DNA from: Octopus sinensis
Lineage: Eukaryota
Assembly (NCBI RefSeq): GCF_006345805.1
Contig: NC_043022.1
Coordinates: 17,608,001-17,672,000 of the forward strand
Reading direction: 5' to 3'
DNA length: 64,000 bases
Positions within the stretch are counted from its first letter, which is position 1; every line of letters starts with the position of its first letter. Both the position numbers and the translations under genes were made by a program. Below the pieces are notes generated by a model. It did no database searches. It was not told the DNA's origin and saw only the letters and a program-made list of their open reading frames with translations. This document shows, piece by piece, positions 59,910 to 64,000 of this stretch.

Positions 59910-60093
59910 AAACTGGGATCTTTTCTTTTTGAAGGCCAGATTTTCCTAGTTAACTAAACAATTTGAAACTTCGTATACTGGTAGAATGTGTCAAAAGAAA
60001 ACATTATTGTAAACAAAATTGAAAACAAAATTGTAATTCGTAACTTAAACGTAGTTTAATTTTAAGAATTTTAACCAATGAAATCGCAGCATT
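58841..60093. mobile_element. MITE-like fold-back element(s)
   Basis: 48-bp inverted repeat at 58874-58921 / 59019-59066. The segment 59948-60093 is an inverted copy of 58920-59066. The leader tgggatcttttc is shared at 58841 and 59914. Confidence 0.7.
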
Positions 60094-60854
60094 CGAGCTC
60101 AAATTATTTACCTCTTCTTCTGTCTTCTACATGTGCTCGAAATAACAGCTATATCTCTTAAATCGATTAATTTCGTCGCCCAACAAAAATATTAACGATA
60201 TTTTTTGAATATTTTCTTTATTTTTTCTTTACCGAAAAGGCTTCTCCCATGGTTTTGAAGGGCCAGAAACAACAAAAACAAAACAATAATATGCCTAAAT
60301 CGGTCTCGAGTTTGCGCGTGGAGTGTGAGTCGTATTGTAAAGTGTGAGATATTTTGTAAAGTGAGGAAAGGCTGTGCACTGAATCAATCCCACTCACTAA
60401 GCAACAGCAGCCATAATCCGAAAAGAAGAACAAGTCAACATCATCGGTAACCACTGAGCCGCAGGTTTTATGTCGGAGTTATCCCAGTTTCCTGAGTTAC
60501 CTTCTCCTAGAAGGATGCCCTAACAAAGGAGTCCTAGGAGTCCTTCACTCCCAATGATTTAACCGTGCGATCGGGTATTCAGTCCGATTATTTCTATGTC
60601 CATGCGCATGATACAGCCTAAAGGCATTTATTGGATGGCCGTTGACTCTCAAGAGTTCCTCTGGCCATTGACGGGTTTTGTTTTTCATCCCGCAGGGTGT
60701 CCAACAAACACCCTCCTCACCAAGCAAGCTTGGTGGGGTTGCCGTTTAGACGCCGACGGCCCGACCATGCAACAGGTTGTACTCGATTACATGTTGTCAG
60801 TAGCACTCGAAAGAGACCTGACATAAGTATATATGCATGCATATATACAAATAT

Positions 60855-60931
60855 ATGTATGTATGTATGTATGTGTGTATGTATGTATGTGTGTATGTAT
60901 GTATGTATGTATGTATGTGTATGTATGTATG

Positions 60932-60960
<29 letters not shown>
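60855..60960. repeat. (TATG)n microsatellite
   Basis: Directly visible. Confidence 0.95.
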
Positions 60961-60962
<2 letters not shown>

Positions 60963-61569
60963 TTTTGATAGAATTCAGACAATATGTAGATGGAGTAGCA
61001 AAGAGTCTTGTGTACTGTTATTCTATTCTACTTATTAATTTTCGATTGAATATATTTTGTTTACTTAAAAATTGGAATTTTGGAAAATAAAAGTTTTTTT
61101 TTACAACTGCGATTCGCGTTTTTTGTTTACGTGAAATTATTTTTAAAAAAATTAAGATTTGGCTGTTATTTCTAGCATGTCTAGGTTAAACTTCATGTGC
61201 TGGTTGAAAATCACCTAAAAACGATCCTGGGGTCGATACATTCGACTAAAAATTTCTCAAGGCAGTGCCCCAGCATGACCGCAGTCCAATGACTGAAACA
61301 AGTAAAAAGATTTTTAGAAAATAACAAAAAATTGAAGAATAACCTAAAAATATAACGGAGGGAATTATAAAAAATTTTCAAGAGATTTGGCTGTTATTTC
61401 TAGCATGTGGGGAAACCTTTATACACTGATTGAAAAATCATTTAAAAAAATTCTGGGGTCGATACATTTGACTAAAAATTCCTCAATGTGGTGCCCCAGC
61501 ATGGCCACAGTCTAATGACTGCAACAAGTAAAAAGAAGAAAAAAACGAAAAATATAACCTTGGAGCTTT

Positions 61570-61618
61570 TGTCCAAGGGACTTCTGTCCAAGGGACTTCT
61601 GTCCAAGGGACTTCTGTC
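61570..61618. repeat. 15-bp tandem repeat (TGTCCAAGGGACTTC) x3.3
   Basis: Directly visible. Confidence 0.9.
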
Positions 61619-62929
61619 CGCATCCCATACACAGGTGCAGGTGCACTCATCAAAATTTACCGTAGAATAAGCTCAGGTGAGCGAGTGAGTGTATTCTCAA
61701 TCCATGACATCGCAGATTTTCTTGCTGTATTGCATTGTGTGAAATGCCTAGCAGGTTGTTCAGAAATGAAATGTGTCTGGCACTGTTGTGGTGGGTAATT
61801 GCTGAGGTTAGCAAGGACGACAGTGCAGCATGCTGAAAATAGGGTCCTTTCTTAAAAAGTGAAAAAAAAAAAGAGGTGCATGCAAAGAAAAAGAAAAGTT
61901 GTTGTGAGTCTATATGAGAGTCTTATATTTGGGCAAAAGTTCGTGGATACTGCAGAGTCTGTTTATCGGGATGAGATGCTTCCACAGCATCCTCACTTTA
62001 ACCCTTTCCCCTCCCCTATCTTTGTGGTATCCTGCAACCTCCTTTTTTCTCCTTTTCCTCACTATACTCACTCACCACTTCCTCAACTTCTCCATCTCCT
62101 CAAAACTTCTTCTAATCTCCCCACTCATTCCTTTTTCTCCTTCAGTGACTCAGAATTCCTCTCACCCCTAGTCTATTGCTCCCATCCTGTCCCTTATCCT
62201 CACACCGTCCGTCCATACTCGCCCTTATGATATATTATAACCTCAGACAACCCCTACACAAGCAATCCATCACTTGTCTTTGCCCCCATATTTCTCAATT
62301 CTTCCTTTCCCCTGTTCCCTTCCATATTATTACCCGCCCCATTACTCAACGACTCCCTTACTCTCTCCCTTCACCACCATCTTATAACAACTATTAATCT
62401 ATTCCTATAAAATATGATTTTGAAATTTATTGATTTTTTCCAATGATAAAGTTCGAAATTTCTGGAAACTATTGTAAACCAATCTTTTTTTTTATTTTAT
62501 AGAGAGTGAATTCACGAATTTTAGTTTAGTTTGATACAAAAGCGATGACGAAACTCTCAGCTCTTGATTCGCTTACATAATTTTTACAGTTGATTAGGGG
62601 GGGGGGATGTATATTCGGAGATCCGTTTATTCTTACCTGTTGTCTTTTAAGAAGCAGAAAGTTCTAGGAGGAGTGGATTCCCAGTTCCCTCGCTCCCTCC
62701 CCTTTTAGTGGCTTCTTACGACACGCTGGGAATACGGCGACTGAATTTTACCGGACCCCCCCCCCCTCCAGTCGCAGGGTTGGGGTGCTAGTTAGCCCCT
62801 AGCTGGGACCATTACAAGTTCTACCACTCTGGGCCAGAATGGACCTGGGAACAATATTGGATAAGAGGTCGTTCTACACTCCTCAAACCCTGAAACCAGG
62901 GCCCCAGGCTTCTGCTACCGGGTGTAGTT

Positions 62930-63125
62930 TAGAGTCATACAAGGGAGCGGATGGTAAGGAGGGTGATGAAGGCAGCAGAACCAGAGGCAGACCTCGGTTT
63001 GTGTGGATGGATGGAGTGAGGAAAGCTTTGGTGGTCAGAGGTGTTGGAGTGAGAGAGGCAAGAGAGTTTATAAATGATAGGAAAACTTGGTGAGTGTTTG
63101 TGGACGGATGAGTGAATTGATATTG
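62930..63125 (+). mobile_element. RTE-like ORF2 C-terminal fragment (different subfamily)
   Basis: ORF 62839-63093 ends EGSRTRGRPRFVWMDGVRKAL...DRKTW. Confidence 0.65.
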
Positions 63126-63344
63126 CTCAAAGCAGTACGGAACCAGCATGATGCGGCGGGGGTAAACCAACATATGTTATCGGTCCCCGCTGCTAACATC
63201 ACGGGTTGCGTTGAGCTGGGAAACGAATGGAATGCCTGGTGTGTGTCTTATATGGCTACCCGCTCCTAAAATAAATTGGGAATAGGCTTGGGTATATATA
63301 TTAAAAAATCTTATTACGTATTAAGGTGTTTTTTCTGGTTGCTC

Positions 63345-63569
63345 TATCACGCGCGCGCGAGCACACACTCACACACACACACATACGCACATGCGCGTGA
63401 GCGTACACATATACACACACGCTATAGTTCTTCGTTTCGTTTTAATATTCCTGGTTTTTGCACAAACCACCTTCAGTCCTCCACTTCCATCCCAATTCTC
63501 TGACCTTCCATTCGACTCCGATCCTCTTCCGCTGTTTCTTGTTTCTCTTCTCTCAAACTCCTGCTCAAA
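63345..63569 (+). promoter_or_regulatory. Putative UQCR10 promoter / 5' UTR
   Basis: CpG cluster cacgcgcgcgcg, NRF-1-like CGCACATGCGCG (63386-63397), ETS-like CTTCCG (63526-63531) and a pyrimidine-rich leader before caaaATG. Confidence 0.5.
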
Positions 63570-63710
63570 ATGTCGTTACTTAACCAAGTATACAACGCCT
63601 TGTTTCGACGAACATCGACATTTGCATTGACCGTTATATGTGGTGCCTTCTTATTCGAACGGATCGTCGACGAAGGCGGAGACTACGTCTTTGCTCGAAT
63701 GAATCAAGGA
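63570..63710 (+). CDS. UQCR10: Cytochrome b-c1 complex subunit 9, first coding exon (remainder not seen in the window)
   Basis: MSLLNQVYNALFRRTSTFALTVICGAFLFERIVDEGGDYVFARMNQG matches the QCR9 family signature (Y..LFRRTSTF...G..FFER..D.G). A phase-0 donor gtaagt at 63711 falls just before the expected KLW-type tail. Confidence 0.93.
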
Positions 63711-64000
63711 GTAAGTAAAGAACCTCGTCCACGCTTTTTCATTTCTCTCCCGAAATATTTCATCAAATATTTATTTAGTCTTCATATTTCATTTAAATAA
63801 CATCAAAAATGTATAACAAGGATTTTAAATTCACTGTGAAATCTTTTACTTTTAATTAATGAACTTCAGAATCAAAATATTTTAGTCAAGGTCAAAATTG
63901 CTTTTAATCTTGAAATAAAATAAACATTTCTAAATTCTGTTTCGTCAAATAAATATTAAATATACCAGCAAGAAGATATTATTTCAGAAATACTTATTAG

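Noticed and set aside
60450-60830. GC-rich segment as an RTE 5' UTR with an HDV-like ribozyme
   Set aside because: I could not build the nested double pseudoknot by eye, so its identity is unresolved.
63711-63800. C-terminal part of the 76-aa ORF as UQCR10 sequence
   Set aside because: It is read-through into the intron past the gtaagt donor.

Overview
AT-rich, microsatellite-dense eukaryotic DNA. The repeat families look octopus-like, which is an inference. Two host genes are supported. (1) A complete + strand SLC36/PAT-family proton-coupled amino acid transporter with 9 coding exons (27269-50642). All introns are GT-AG, the exon phases join, and the CDS is 1398 nt (465 aa). (2) The first coding exon of UQCR10, cytochrome b-c1 subunit 9 (63570-63710). 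The rest is mostly transposable elements: many RTE LINE fragments, a young GC/CpG-rich Tx1/L1-clade LINE in a (TATC)n tract, a young CR1-type LINE, R4/Dong-type LINEs in (TAA)n tracts, a Penelope RT fragment, two decayed mariners, hAT-type MITEs, a Helitron and two tRNA-derived SINE families. The most interesting signal is a set of type I hammerhead ribozyme motifs inside fold-back cassettes that resemble Penelope inverted pLTR remnants. One is canonical (5951-6006), one lacks stem I (6270-6303), and two identical variant copies lie 597 nt apart in a tandem duplication downstream of the SLC36 stop (52474-52517 and 53071-53114, minus strand). Most short ORFs in the track are microsatellite or antisense artefacts. 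All alignments and folds were done by eye.
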